Shown here: positions 11,641 to 24,044 of the stretch, piece by piece | How the letters are laid out: each line of letters opens with the position of its first letter | Position numbering within the stretch: the stretch's first letter is position 1 | Assembly: GCF_009914755.1 (NCBI RefSeq) | Contig: NC_060939.1 | Reading direction: 5' to 3' (one strand) | DNA from: the human T2T-CHM13v2.0 reference genome, Homo sapiens | Length of the DNA stretch: 64,000 nt | Notes under the pieces: generated by a model | Databases searched by the model: none | Seen by the model: the letters and a program-made list of their open reading frames with translations, nothing else | What the model was told of the DNA's origin: nothing | Translations under genes and position numbers: made by a program

Positions 11641-14600
11641 GTGGGTCGGGTATGAATGCTGCATAGTGACCCTCTGAATGAGGACATCCTGACTTCATCA
11701 TCTGCTTCCCTATGATTCTACATTTTTAGGATGATTACTATTTTTCACAGTGTCAGGTCTTTATCAAATAAATCATCTTTAGGTTTCCACACATTTGTTC
11801 TGGGCTTCCAAAAAGGTGTTTTTAAGCAGTATCCAGGTTTCCAAGGATGTATTTATTTTATTTATTTTCATGTTGCCTACAAATAGCCATGTTTTTTCAT
11901 AGTTCCCTTCTATAAGTAACCTATGTGACTTTTAAATTTCATTTTTTTCCTCTTTTGCTAGGATTTTGGTAATTTTATTTTCACAGTTGTACAGTGATTT
12001 TCTCATGGATACCTTCTATGCTAGTTTCAGCCATTAATAGAAATTAGACTAATATTTTTCTTTTCCTTACAGACTAAAATTTAACTTATTTTCAGACAGT
12101 AATAGGTCTTACTGAAATGCATTCATATTTCAACCTCACGGGACATTCTGCCAATTTACATGAGGTTAAATAGGAAAGTACTGTTGGTACTTTCTGGTCC
12201 ATTTCTAAAATTTCTTCATTCATATTTGACATTTCCATCTCAGGTCAAGTTTATGTTTTCAGATAATTCTCTTACAGCATTTTAATTACGATTTCACTGG
12301 AATTTCAAATTACAGAGATACTGACGTACTTGAATGTATTTGTAAAGGAATTCTATGTTGTTCATGCTTCCCTGACTCAAGATGTCTCAATCCTGTTTGT
12401 CAACCAACAGTGATTCTTCCTATAGATTTATCATCTGTACGTGCCATATCCACCATTCCCTGGGAACCTGCTCTCACCAAATTCCCACCACTAAGACTGT
12501 GTAGTCTGTGAAGTCAGGGATCATCTCTAACTCATGACTAGTTCCCACTCTCAGCCTTGCCCTGCAAATTGCACATAACAGGAATTCATTAACTATGTGT
12601 TAATTTTATTAAATGACAGTTACATTAAGGAACTCACTTTGCTTCCAAGCATTTGTAGGTACCAATTCGGCCTTTCTTTTTAAGACTTTTTGAATTTATA
12701 TAAAAGAAATTTAATAGCTTATCAGCATTTCTGCTAATTAGGTGGGTATTTTACTTTAAGAATGCCATTAAATTCATCTTAACCTCTCTAGGAAACTGTA
12801 TCAGACTGAATCTGATATTTCTTCCTATTTTTTACAGATTTAGTAATCTTCTCATTGCCCCTTTACATTCAGGATCAGCAACGTGGGGCTAATTTTGTTA
12901 AGCTGATGTCCATCTTTCCTATCTCCACTTAACCCAAGATGATGCTGATTTATTTTTTAAAGAGTGAAAAGCTGGCCAATCTAAAATCCTTCCTGCATCA
13001 CTCTCTGTAAGAGCCCAGATCTCTGTAGCACCAGTACTGGAACATTTGGACAAACAAAAACCTACCTGCAAGTTATTTTGCTCTATAAATCTGTTTTGCC
13101 CAAGGCCTCTGAGGGCTGTGCATCTCTCAGTGGTATACCTGGGAGGACAGCTCCCTGTAAAGCCACACACAGGAACCTGGTCTTCTGCTCCAACTGTCCC
13201 AAAGTAGGTCTTCCTGCAGGCACCTAAACCTGCTCTAGTCCTCTTCTCTATTCAAAGCCTCAACACAGGAAGGAATCCACATCAAAGCTGCTGATTCCTA
13301 AGTTAACATATGCATTTTAAAAGCCATTCTCCTGGTACCTAAGCCATGTCTTAGTAGGAAGTCATGTGCTTCTAAACAGTGATCTACTAAATGGTCCCCT
13401 ACTGGACTCAGGAAGGTAAACTTCATCTATGTATTTGTTTATTTATGTATTAGTATTTTAATTGACAAGTAAAAATTGTATATATTCATTGTGCACAACG
13501 TGATGTTTTGAAATATGCTCAATTGGTGGGAAAGATGTTGCCTAATAAGTTGCTCTCTGTATTTGAATGCCTCCTATAAGCAAGATTTTGCTAAATACTA
13601 TGGAAGTGTAAAAAGCATGAGAAATATGAGACTACAATAATGAATGAGATTTCCTAATGAGATTGATCAACCAGTAAAAGAGCAAGATGTGAACACACAT
13701 ATGGCACTCATGCCATAGTGATAGTACCAGCCAGAACCACAGGAGCACAAGGAAGAAGGGAGCACTTCCAGCTGCAGGTACCTCGGGATATTCATGGATT
13801 AGGTCATGTTTGAGCAGATCCTTAACAAGAAAAGAGGATATATAACAGGCAAGGATGGCAGGAGTAGGGAGAAAGAGCCTGAACTGGCAAGAAGTTTTAG
13901 AAAAAAAAGCCAACTTGAATTCAGAAATGCTCGGATTGGGTGCAATGAAAACTCAATCATATAATTTAAACTACTATAAAGAACAAGAATTAAAAAGATG
14001 AACTGGGATTAGATTTGGGACTCTAAATACTGTGCTAAGTAGCAAATGTTCTTTGCAAGAAATGGAGTGAATTGGCCACTAAATATTGCCTGAGTTCATC
14101 CTGGGGAAATATTTTTGGACATCTTTCTCGACTAACGAAAGTGTGCTGTATTTATGTATTTGTTTAGTTATGTATTTTTAAACTAATGAATAAAAATTGT
14201 ATGCATTCATTGTGTACAACATGGTGTTTTGAAATAGGCTCAATTAGTCAAAAGGTGTCTCCTTTTTCTCCCCTAGACACAATTTTTTAAACTGAACTTC
14301 ACTGACTCATACTTTGGGAAAGGTACATGGCAATGGTGGATTTCAGAGACTAGTTAGGAGACTACTGGAACAGTCCAGACTAGAGAAAATACGCTTCTAA
14401 TAGAAACAAAAAAATGGACAGATAAAAGAGATACTGTGAAGGAAAAAAAAAACAAGCAGGACTTAGCAGGAAGGAAAGAGTCCAATGTTAGGAAAAAGGA
14501 AATGTGTCTCCTGAACAACTTACCTGAAAAATTCTGAAAGCTGAGTTTTACTCTACTGAGCTTTTGAGTACTCCATGAGAGCCATTAAGTACTAAAATGA

Positions 14601-14864
14601 GAATAAGTACTTCCCCAAAAGGTTTCTGTTTAGTAGTAATAAGCCAGCTAAGTAAAAAGCAGTACCTGAAAACAGTACTCTTTGTACAGACCCCTTTTTT
14701 TTTCCTGTGCATTTTCTAGGGAAATTTCCCTGGACGTCATCTCTTATATTTCCTGGAGACTACTCATTTACCCAAGTTTCCATTACATCTGCATCATGCA
14801 CATTGCCACTGGGCTTGTGAGGGCTGGGATGGGATATTCTGCAGATAACTGGAAGGGCTCTTAC

Positions 14865-15023
14865 CGGTTGCTCTGATGGGACACATCTCAGGGGCGACAG
14901 TGACCCCTGGAGACCAGCATCGGCCGGCATCACAGCAGCACTGCATTTTGGTTATGGACTGTGGCAGCTGGTTAGAGCAGCGCCCGTTTGTCAGAGCTGT
15001 GTAACAGTATCCTGGGCGAACAT
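14865..15023 (-). CDS. FBN1: FBN1 exon 10 (159 nt), most of TB1 (8-Cys) domain
   Basis: cctcag|ATGTTCGC...GCAACCG|gtaaga; (D)VRPGYCYTALTNGRCSNQLPQSITKMQCCCDAGRCWSPGVTVAPEMCPIRAT with the CCC triplet of TB domains. Confidence 0.98.
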
Positions 15024-16061
15024 CTGAGGACAAAGAAACACATACACACACACACATCGCTGAGATAATACTTGTAACAACACTCCCCTGCCCGAGCAGC
15101 TCCATACTTCACACTGGGGCTACGGCAGGATTAACTCACACCTCTGCCCCCCGGAAGGGAAGCTGCGAGCGCTGCACAGGAACAGTGCTCAGTCAGAAAT
15201 CCCTGGTCTCACACCTTTTGCCCCTGTGTGCTAGTGCACTTGGCTGAAGTCCCACATTCCATACCCAAGGTGGGAACGAGTGATTAAAACCATGTGTGCC
15301 ATAGGAAAAGAGAGACTAAGAAAATCACTAGCAGTGACAGTTTATTATTTATAAAGACATGTCTCTATGCTGAAGAGAGACTGGGTTGTCCCTGGTTTCA
15401 AACTGCTTAATTCGAGCCATTTTAGGAAAATATGTAAATCTATTTTAAAACAACATTTAGTCTACATTTCTAAAAGATCTTTCTTATTTTCCAGTCTGCA
15501 ACTGTGAGAGTCAGACATAAGTTTTTGTTGTTGTTGTTGTTATTTTTGAAGAATGAGTCACTTTGCATTTAGATCCAATGCTTATTAATCAAGATTTCCT
15601 TTTGTCTTAGGGCCCTAACAGATTTTATAAGGTACTAGTTATTTATAACTTCAAAATGGCCCTTGATTCCAAGTTCTTAGTCCTATAGGATACAATAGCT
15701 CTAGAAGGATTTTGTTGTTGTTTTTGGCAGAAAGTGTCTTCTCAAAGCAACATGGTAAGACGCATTTCTATATCACTTTTATTGGGTTACATCATGTCTA
15801 ATTGTCATGACATCCGACACACTGCAGCGCAGCTCTGGGTTACGGAAAGAGTTTGTGGCATAGGAAAACCTAACTTCTCCATATGCCTTTGAGATATTAC
15901 CACGAAACAGTGAAGGCAGGTAAGCAAAATGCAAAACACTTTTACTGCCTGACATGTGCTGAGGGTGTACCTCTCTTCAAGTAAACTATATCTCTACAGA
16001 GATCATATAAAATTAAATTTTGAAAAGCAAATAATATCGTCAATATGCTTGTTATTTAAAG

Positions 16062-16688
16062 CAGGGGTCTCTAACCCCCAGGGGCCCCAATCCCCAGTTC
16101 TGGTCTGTGGCGTGTTAGGAACTGGGCTGTACAGCAGGGGGTGAGCGGCAGGTGAATGAGTGAAGCTTCATCTGTATTTATAGCCACTCCCCATTGCTGG
16201 CATTACTGCCTGAGCCCTGCCTCTGTCAGATCAGTGGCAGCACTAGATTCTCATAGGATGGTGAACCCTATTGTGAACTGCGCATGCGAGGGTTCTAGGT
16301 TGTGTGTTCCCAATGAGAATCTAATGCCTGATGATCTGCCAATGTCTCCCATCACCCTCAGATGGGACCATCTAATTGCAGGAAAACAAGCTCAGGGCTT
16401 CCATTGATCTACATTATGGTGAGTTGTATAATTACTTCATTACATATTACAATTTAATATGTAATATTAACTTGTATTAATTAATTTAATACACTTTATT
16501 GTGTATAATAAATTAATATTGTGTATTAATTTAATTAATTTAATATAATACACTTTATTGTGTATAATAAAGTGCACAATAAATGTAATGTACTTGAATC
16601 ATCCTGAAACCATCCTCTTCTCCCAGTCCATGGAAAAATTGTCTTCCACAAAACTAGTCCCTTGTGCCAAAAAGGTTGGGGACCACTG
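16062..16688 (+). mobile_element. MER1A (hAT-Charlie) with internal AT-rich expansion
   Basis: Termini CAGGGGTC...GGGGACCACTG; perfect 8-bp target-site duplication atttaaag (16054-16061, 16689-16696) as expected for hAT. Confidence 0.9.
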
Positions 16689-17916
16689 ATTTAAAGGAAT
16701 ATAAGGGTTAAATCCTTTTGTAAAGCAAAGATCTTTCATAGCCAAAAATCCATCCCTGGGTTTCCTGTAAGTCTGAATATTAAATTTCAAGTTTTCTCAA
16801 AGAGGGTCATACCTGTAATTGTTATCATCTACATCATTCTTAAGAACACAAAGCCCTCATGTCTTGAGGTTTCAATAAATTAATAAAATGAAATAAAATA
16901 AAAACAAGGCTAATTTAGAAACATTTAAATTATTAACATCAAGTGAAGAAGACTAAAACCAACCTAGACAAACCATAAAAGAAAATTATGGGTCAGTTTT
17001 AAAGGATACAAGATTATTTCCGAAAAGTACTTAAAACCACTAGCCAGTATAAATGTGCTTTCCAGAATTTTTTTGTGGTTCCAGTTCCTGTACCTCTGGT
17101 CAGACTAATAGTTTCACCAAAGAGGCAGAACAAGTTTTATTCCAGCCTGGTCCAGGATAAACGGCTGGAGAGGGAGTATAGACAAGTATGCTCTCTGTGA
17201 AGCCTCAGGTGGTACCTCCCCCGTCAAGAGGGCAGAGAAATTGAACTTCCTACATTCTAATTTGTAATGCCTTAAAACCACTAATACTTTATATACTTGG
17301 GAATTAGTAAATATTTGGGGCATGGAAACCAAAGACTGTTCAGAATGGGAAGAGATATTCAAAACTGGCTTATATCCCAGCTTCAAATGAATTCGGTGGT
17401 CAAAACCCAGTGTAAACACTTGACCAAATTATGGAATTTGTACATATAATTTTCAGCATGGGCTATCTTTCAGAGCAAAACTAGGGCCTACAGTTGCCAA
17501 TGACAAAAGCTTAATGGGCTAATGTCTATTATTTTGCAAATCAACTATGATACCATGTTATTGCCCATCTGGCTGACTTATATGTTAAATCAATGGATCA
17601 CAAACTCTTGATCAAAATGGTGAATGTTGGGGGTAAAAAAAATTACAAATCAAGTTTGGGTTACTGGCAGTCCCTGATTTACAGATGGCACCTGCACATA
17701 TAATAATAATTTTTCTAATTTATTTTTTTGCTGAAGAAGCACCTTTGTTAAAAATACACATTTATATAACTTATAATTTTAATGAAAACCTACAGGCTAA
17801 TAAGTAAAGGAAGAAAAAACTGAAAATTGGAAACCATTTGGAGTAAATGACCTCCAGGACACAGCAGCCTGAAGTTTTTCACTTCGTTAGGCAGCAGTGC
17901 CACACCAAGGGTGGCT

Positions 17917-17929
17917 GGGGGGGGGGGGG
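17917..17929 (+). repeat. G13 homopolymer
   Basis: 13 consecutive G. Confidence 0.9.
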
Positions 17930-19296
17930 AACCGTTGTGGTGGTATGTCACTTTGTACAGAGGGTAAGGGGTGGCTGTAGAATAACTTGAAGACCTTCAG
18001 GACTCAAGCTAAGGGGACATAAAGGGACACAGAAGGAACCACAAACACCTTCCATTTTAAATCTGCCCTGGCCAAGACATCTGGCGAAGAGGAGGAGGAA
18101 ATCTCACTCTTTTCTCCCCTTTTGAATCACTTGGCCCTTATTCTCAGGACCCAGAAATCACATTATATCAAAGCAAATATATTATGGATTAAATAGGCGT
18201 TTGCAGGTCGTCTAGCCTGTCAACAGGCTTCTCCTAACCTGTCACGAACATGGTTGTGTACAACCAGGAGTTAGGAGTTGTGAGGCTCAAACTAGGGAAA
18301 GGACATCTTTATGACTCCTAGGAGTCGAAGAGAGAGAACACAACAATATAAAAAGACAACCCTACAGGCAATATTACAAATGCCACAGGAAGATCACAGA
18401 ACAAGAAATAAAATAATACTAAAAGAGCTTAGAACACAAAGGGAGCTCGGGGCTGGGAGGTCTGAGAGTCTCAGAATGTGGTGGCAGCAGGTGACAGTTG
18501 GAATTTTACGGTTAGAAGAAATGTGCACGGAAGATACTGCATACCACTATCTACATAGGAGGTTTTCTATTGGTGAGACCTACTCATTCCAAACAACTGT
18601 CTTACGAACAAGCCTTGGATTTGTTTATACTGTCAGGGGCTATTTGTATTTTCTCATCACTACGGATAATTTTGGGGGTCTCTGTTGCTTACCATGGAGG
18701 GAAATAGGAGCACCAGAAGGCAGAAAGGTCACTTGGATCATTTTGTATGACAAGTGTCTAATTATGGGCACAACAGAGTTGCAAAGAAGAAACGGGGCTT
18801 GCCTAGGGATCTGGCAAGAAAGAGTGAACTGCATCCAGAGTTGAGGGGTAGAAGGCAAAATGAGGGAAATCTGGGCTGTGCACTCAGGTCACGGTGGAAT
18901 CCCAGATCCCTCTCTCACTACCCACTTAAACTATTGGGCCATTATTTATCTAACCTCTCTCAATCTCAGCTGCTTCCCATCTACAATACTGCTGTGAAAT
19001 GAACATCAAGTCAGATAATTTACATAAAACACCTCATACCCTGTGATCCATGAATCTTAGTTCCCTTCCATTCCTCCTTTGTAAAAAGTTAGTATGGATA
19101 CATTTGATAAAAAGAAAGTAACTTTTAAAATGTGAACCATCTGATATGTAAATATGTCTTAATCCTCATGTAGTTTGAAGCTCTCTTAAAATCCTTAAAT
19201 ATCAGACTGTGCACTTTGGAACTTGAATTTTAATCTAGAACACTGCACTTTTAAAGAAGTCTTAACAATTATTAAATCCAGCAGCTGTCAAATCTA

Positions 19297-19596
19297 TTTT
19301 TTTTTTTTTTCAGATGAAGTCTCGTTCTATCGCCCAGGCTGGAGTGCAGTGGCGTGATCTCAGCTCACTGGAACCTCCACGTCCTGGCTTCCAGTGATTC
19401 TCCTGCTTCAGCCTCCTGAGTAGCTGGGATTACAGGCACCCGCCACGACGCCTGGCAAATTTTTGTATTTTTAGTAGAGACAGGGTTTCACCATGTTGGC
19501 CAGGCTGGTCTTGAACTCCTGACCTGACTGAAGCAAACTGCCCGCCTCGGCCTCCCAAAGTGCTGGGATTAGAGGTGTGAGCTACTGCGCCCAGCC
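19297..19596 (-). mobile_element. Full-length Alu (AluS-like), sense relative to FBN1
   Basis: poly-T followed by reverse Alu ending gcgcccagcc; target-site duplication aaatctatttttt on both sides. Confidence 0.95.
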
Positions 19597-20335
19597 AAAT
19601 CTATTTTTTAAACAATAGAACCCCTGATTTAATTGATACCTGACATGGAAGTCTAACACTCACAGCAGATAAAGTGAAATTGCTATGCCTAGAATGTGTG
19701 TGGGAGTGTGGGGGGACAAGAGCCCTTTCCACTCAGCTCTCTCCCTTTTCTCTGTGCCCTCCGCAATCCCTGCAGCCCTGGAGGGCTTTGAAACACTTGA
19801 AGGATCCACTGGACACAGACTGAAAACCACTAATTTCTAAGTCCTAATGGAAAACTACCGAGGGTTTGAGCAAGAGTGTTATTTAATCGAAGCACTATTT
19901 TAGGAAGATAAATCTGACAAGATGGATTGTAGAGAAGCCAAGAAGCAGGGAGACCAATTAAGAGATTATTGAAAAAATTCAGGCCAAATTAACATAGGTT
20001 CTGGGGAATGACTGAAGGTGGGGGTAAAAAGAGAGAGACACCTGGGATGGCTTCAAGGTTTAATGCTGCACGACTGCAACATTAATTAATAGACTGAAGA
20101 TACCTGTAAGGTCTCCTGGATCATCCCTCTTTTATGGGAGGCAAAACGTCTCCAAAATGACCACAAGGTGCCTCTGTTCTTTAAGAGGGCAGTCAACTGT
20201 TTAACATTTTTCCAAAAATGTACATTTTACCTCAGTTGATAAATTATATGTGCTCCTTAACAAGCTTGTTTAGAAAGTTGTTTGTTATGGAACTGACTTA
20301 CACAAACCATGCATGCTGTTTGTCATTAAACCTAC

Positions 20336-20461
20336 CTATGCATCTGGTACCATCTGGAGAGGTGTAAAAACCAGGGGGACATTTGCAAAAGTAACTGCTG
20401 ACTGTGTTTGTACATTCACCCCCTTCACAGATTCCAGGAATGGTGCTGCATTCATCAATAT
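20336..20461 (-). CDS. FBN1: FBN1 exon 9 (126 nt), cbEGF2 (absent from the ORF track)
   Basis: ttccag|ATATTGATGAA...TGCATAG|gtaggt; manual translation (D)[41 protein letters not shown]. Confidence 0.97.
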   Translation of the reverse strand: MLMNAAPFLESVKGVNVQTQSAVTFANVPLVFTPLQMVPDA

Positions 20462-20989
20462 CTGGAATATAAAAAAAAGAATCTCAGCATTTGTAGAACA
20501 CAATATAAAACCATTCGTCAGTAGAAGGACTCAGATGTTAACACTAGTCAAATCATGTCCCTGGAAACAGCCATCATTAAAAAGTAAAAACCGCATGGAG
20601 AACAGTCAATTCAAAGGTAGATGCTGCTTCTTTCAACACAGACTTACCCAAAAGATTTACCAAATTCAACAGATTAGGGCAAAATGAAATCACCCCCCTT
20701 TAAAATCTAAACCTGTGTACTGTTGTTTCACCAAGTAACTATAGCATGTTAATGTTACAAATGTCATTTATTTTAAAATTTTGTTTTCCTTTTGTTTCCA
20801 TGTTTTGCATTAAGTTAAACTCTCCTACTAATTATTTTATATTCTGTATCACTTCTTGCGCTGCTTTTCAATCTATTTTCCACAACGCGGATACTGGAAT
20901 CCTACAGAAGAGATCTTGTGGTCTGAGTGCTGATCCCAACTTGGCCAACTTGGTGTTCTCAGTGGCACCCAAACTACCATTATGATGGT

Positions 20990-21405
20990 CTTCTGTGGTT
21001 GGTGAATGAACTGTGATGGACACTGGGTGCCCTAACCAACGTCCCCTTCAAAGAGGGACTTGCTGCCCAGGAGGCTGGGAATACTGTCAACACACGGTCT
21101 TTGGCTCTCAGCCCCTTCTAAGATTGCCTGAGTCGCAGAGAGCCACCTCGCCCGAGGTCACACCCTTCCCAGGCACCCGACACCCAATAAGCAATTGTGA
21201 AGGAGGATCAAAGTCTGGTGCATCCTGCCCCAATGGGAGACAACACTGAAGGCCCCTCCGATTCCCCAATTCCTTCTGGGGCCAGTGGAGGCTGTTGATG
21301 GGCTGCACCCCAGCTTGCCTTCTCTGCACGCTCTTGCCTCTTCCTCTTCTCTTCTGCAGGTGTTGATCCCAAGGACATCCTCTAATAAACATCCTGAATG
21401 CTATG
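20990..21405 (+). mobile_element. ERVL LTR relic (LTR16-like)
   Basis: 3' end cttctgcaggtgttgatcccaaggacatcctctaataaacatcctgaatgc resembles LTR16 R/U5; 5' boundary uncertain. Confidence 0.45.
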
Positions 21406-24044
21406 GAGGCCAAAGCTGGGGTTAGCCCTCAGGGCTTGACACCACTGGTTCCCATCAAGGAAGCAGTAAAATTCCCTTAGGACAAATATGGCCATTTCCT
21501 TCAAGGAGAGGTTTTCAATAGCCTGACCCACACACTGACAAATGTCAACAGATACGGCACCAGCAGAAGAAGAGAAAAAAATGACAGCTTCCTTCTTAGG
21601 CTAGAAGTAAACTCAGGGCACAGGGAATCTGCATGGCCTCCTCTCTGAGACCAGCAGAGCTTTCTGCACTGACCTTGGGAAAGGAGACATTTGAGCCAGG
21701 CCTCCTGGGAGTATTACAATGGCCAGGCTGACACCGTTAAAACTGGGAAAGGCTTACAACCCCCAATAAGAACATTTATTCTACAGGCTAAGTACTCTCT
21801 TCATTTATAAGACAAAATAGAGTTCTAAGTGAACCAGATTCAAGTATCTTCTGACTCAAGTTCACCTTGTTAGTAAAAAAGGCAGCAATGACAGTGTTTA
21901 CATGCAGTTTAACCTTTTTAAAACCAAAATCACCATTCTTCCATGCTAGGCTAGAGGCTAAACCAAACAATATTTCACTGCTTATATTAGAGTCAATGCT
22001 AACATAAACAGCACTGTCATTGCAAAATTATGTAACGGTAAAGGTGCATATTCTATTCTGACAGATAGAAATTTCATTAGAGTCTGTGAAAGGGTCAGGT
22101 AGAGAAACTGCCAAGGGCAGACAGAGCCTAGGGTTACCCACGTAATATCTCAAGGCAGCCACACTTCTACTTAACACAAACAAAAAGCAAGTATGTCAAA
22201 GAGCCTACAGGATTCAAAGCTTCATTTAAGGATAGAGGAAGCTATAATTGTAATTAAGAAGAATGTACCTTTTTCAAAGTGTCCCTAAAAGTTAGTATCT
22301 GAGTCCTACAACACCTGCCAAAGATCGCATGAGGAGACAATGTGGTATTAAATATTTTTTCTCAACCCATTAATATAAATGACAGCTACCATTCTTATTA
22401 AGGCCACTTAGCGTACATCAATATCTAAAAGGTTTAAATGACAGCCCATGTCAGAAAAATTTGTTTAAACAATAGAATTAACATTGGCAGAATGGGGGAA
22501 ACATCTTTTCCATGCTGGCTGAGTGAGATTTGGGCCCTTTATTGAAGATAACAATAACAAGAACAATAATGATGAGAGTTTGCATGTGCTGAGTGCTAGA
22601 CATAGTCAAAATGCTTTATGTGTACCCAATCATCTAATCCTTATAATGCAGGTAGGACTGTGGGCCTGATTCTATACCTCTGGTGCCCAGGTACGCCTCT
22701 TGCATTACACTGAGGCCTTCAGAAAACTGACATGAATCAAACCTGAAATAAGAGCAAAGAGGCCCATCATTTATAAAGTGAGGCTAAACCCAAGTCTCCA
22801 ACTGGCAGGGGTTTTTAGGGTGGGTGTGGGGAGTTTCCACCTAGGTACATGCCTTTGAAAGCCAGCAGGTCAGGAAATATGTCATAGTGCACACCTCCCT
22901 GAGTTCACATAGATTAAGATAAAATGGGACTAGGCCAAATTGTTACATTTGAAAGAGCTTAAACGACTTCAAATTCCCCTTAATATGTCCCCTTCTCAGT
23001 GACACACCCTTTTGCCTTCAGGTGTCTAGTGCCTTTCCCCTTTCCTAAACCACCTTGTTTCTCAGTGGCATGGCTTCGTAACAAATAAAAGCAAGAGTTC
23101 TATCTATTACCAGGCTGTGGTGGAAAGTTCCCGACAGCAAAGGCCAGAATAAGGTGTTTGAATAGGATTGACTCACACTCTGAAACTCATTCATATGAAT
23201 TTATTATTTCTCCAAGTTCTTCCCACTCTGTGTTCATCTCCTTTTAATTGAATTTGAGGCATCCCAAGTTAAGAGGGAATTTGAGAACGGTCACTTTCTC
23301 AGTTTCTATAAATCAGGCTGTGTCAAATGCCAGCCATGAAAGCAAACCAGGTGGGGACGCTTGCTGGGGAGTGGTGCTTGGCTGGGAAGAGCTATTTCCG
23401 TGCTCTGGACATTTCTCCCTGCTTCCTTGAGGCAGAAAAGGAGGCAGAGCTGCTGGGGAGTAGCTGTCCCATGGTAGCTGTCCATGACCCCACTGGCTTC
23501 TTGCTGTGACCTTAAGAAGAGTCACAAATGGCAGATCTCTTCCTTCCTTATTCGCCACCTGTCCTTTGTTTCTGCTCCTTCCCATCCTTCAGTCTCATCT
23601 GTTCTCCCAGAGCATTCTTCCCATGCCTAAGCCCCTTCATCCTAGGGCTCCTCTGGCAGAATGGGAGGAAAGAGTGTGGAGGGCAGATGGATGGAGCTTG
23701 GTGTCTGTTCTGGGACAGGCATCACCATCTATTACTTGGCTATCTAGAAGCTCCATCCAAGATTGTGGACTTGACAAGAGAAACCTGATCCTGACAGTTA
23801 ACCTGATCCTGACTGCCTAGATACTAATACAATGAGAGAAAAAAACTAAAAACTGTGGCAGCTGTTTAAAAGTAACATGTGACACACTAATGATCATGAA
23901 TGCCACTGAGCCTGTGAGCTTAACTTTGATTGTACAAACTCAACCCAGTGTAAAATGTATCACTAAAAACTAAACAAGCTGACTCTTCATGTTGACAAAA
24001 ACGTCAGCCATACTATTTTATAGTCACATCACGTACGCCAGCTT

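Noticed and set aside
11241-11687. 148-aa ORF (likewise 173 aa at 40512-41033)
   Set aside because: Both lie within degraded L2 sequence
18311-18844. 177-aa plus-strand ORF
   Set aside because: No recognisable domain, promoter or splice structure; antisense intronic and compatible with chance
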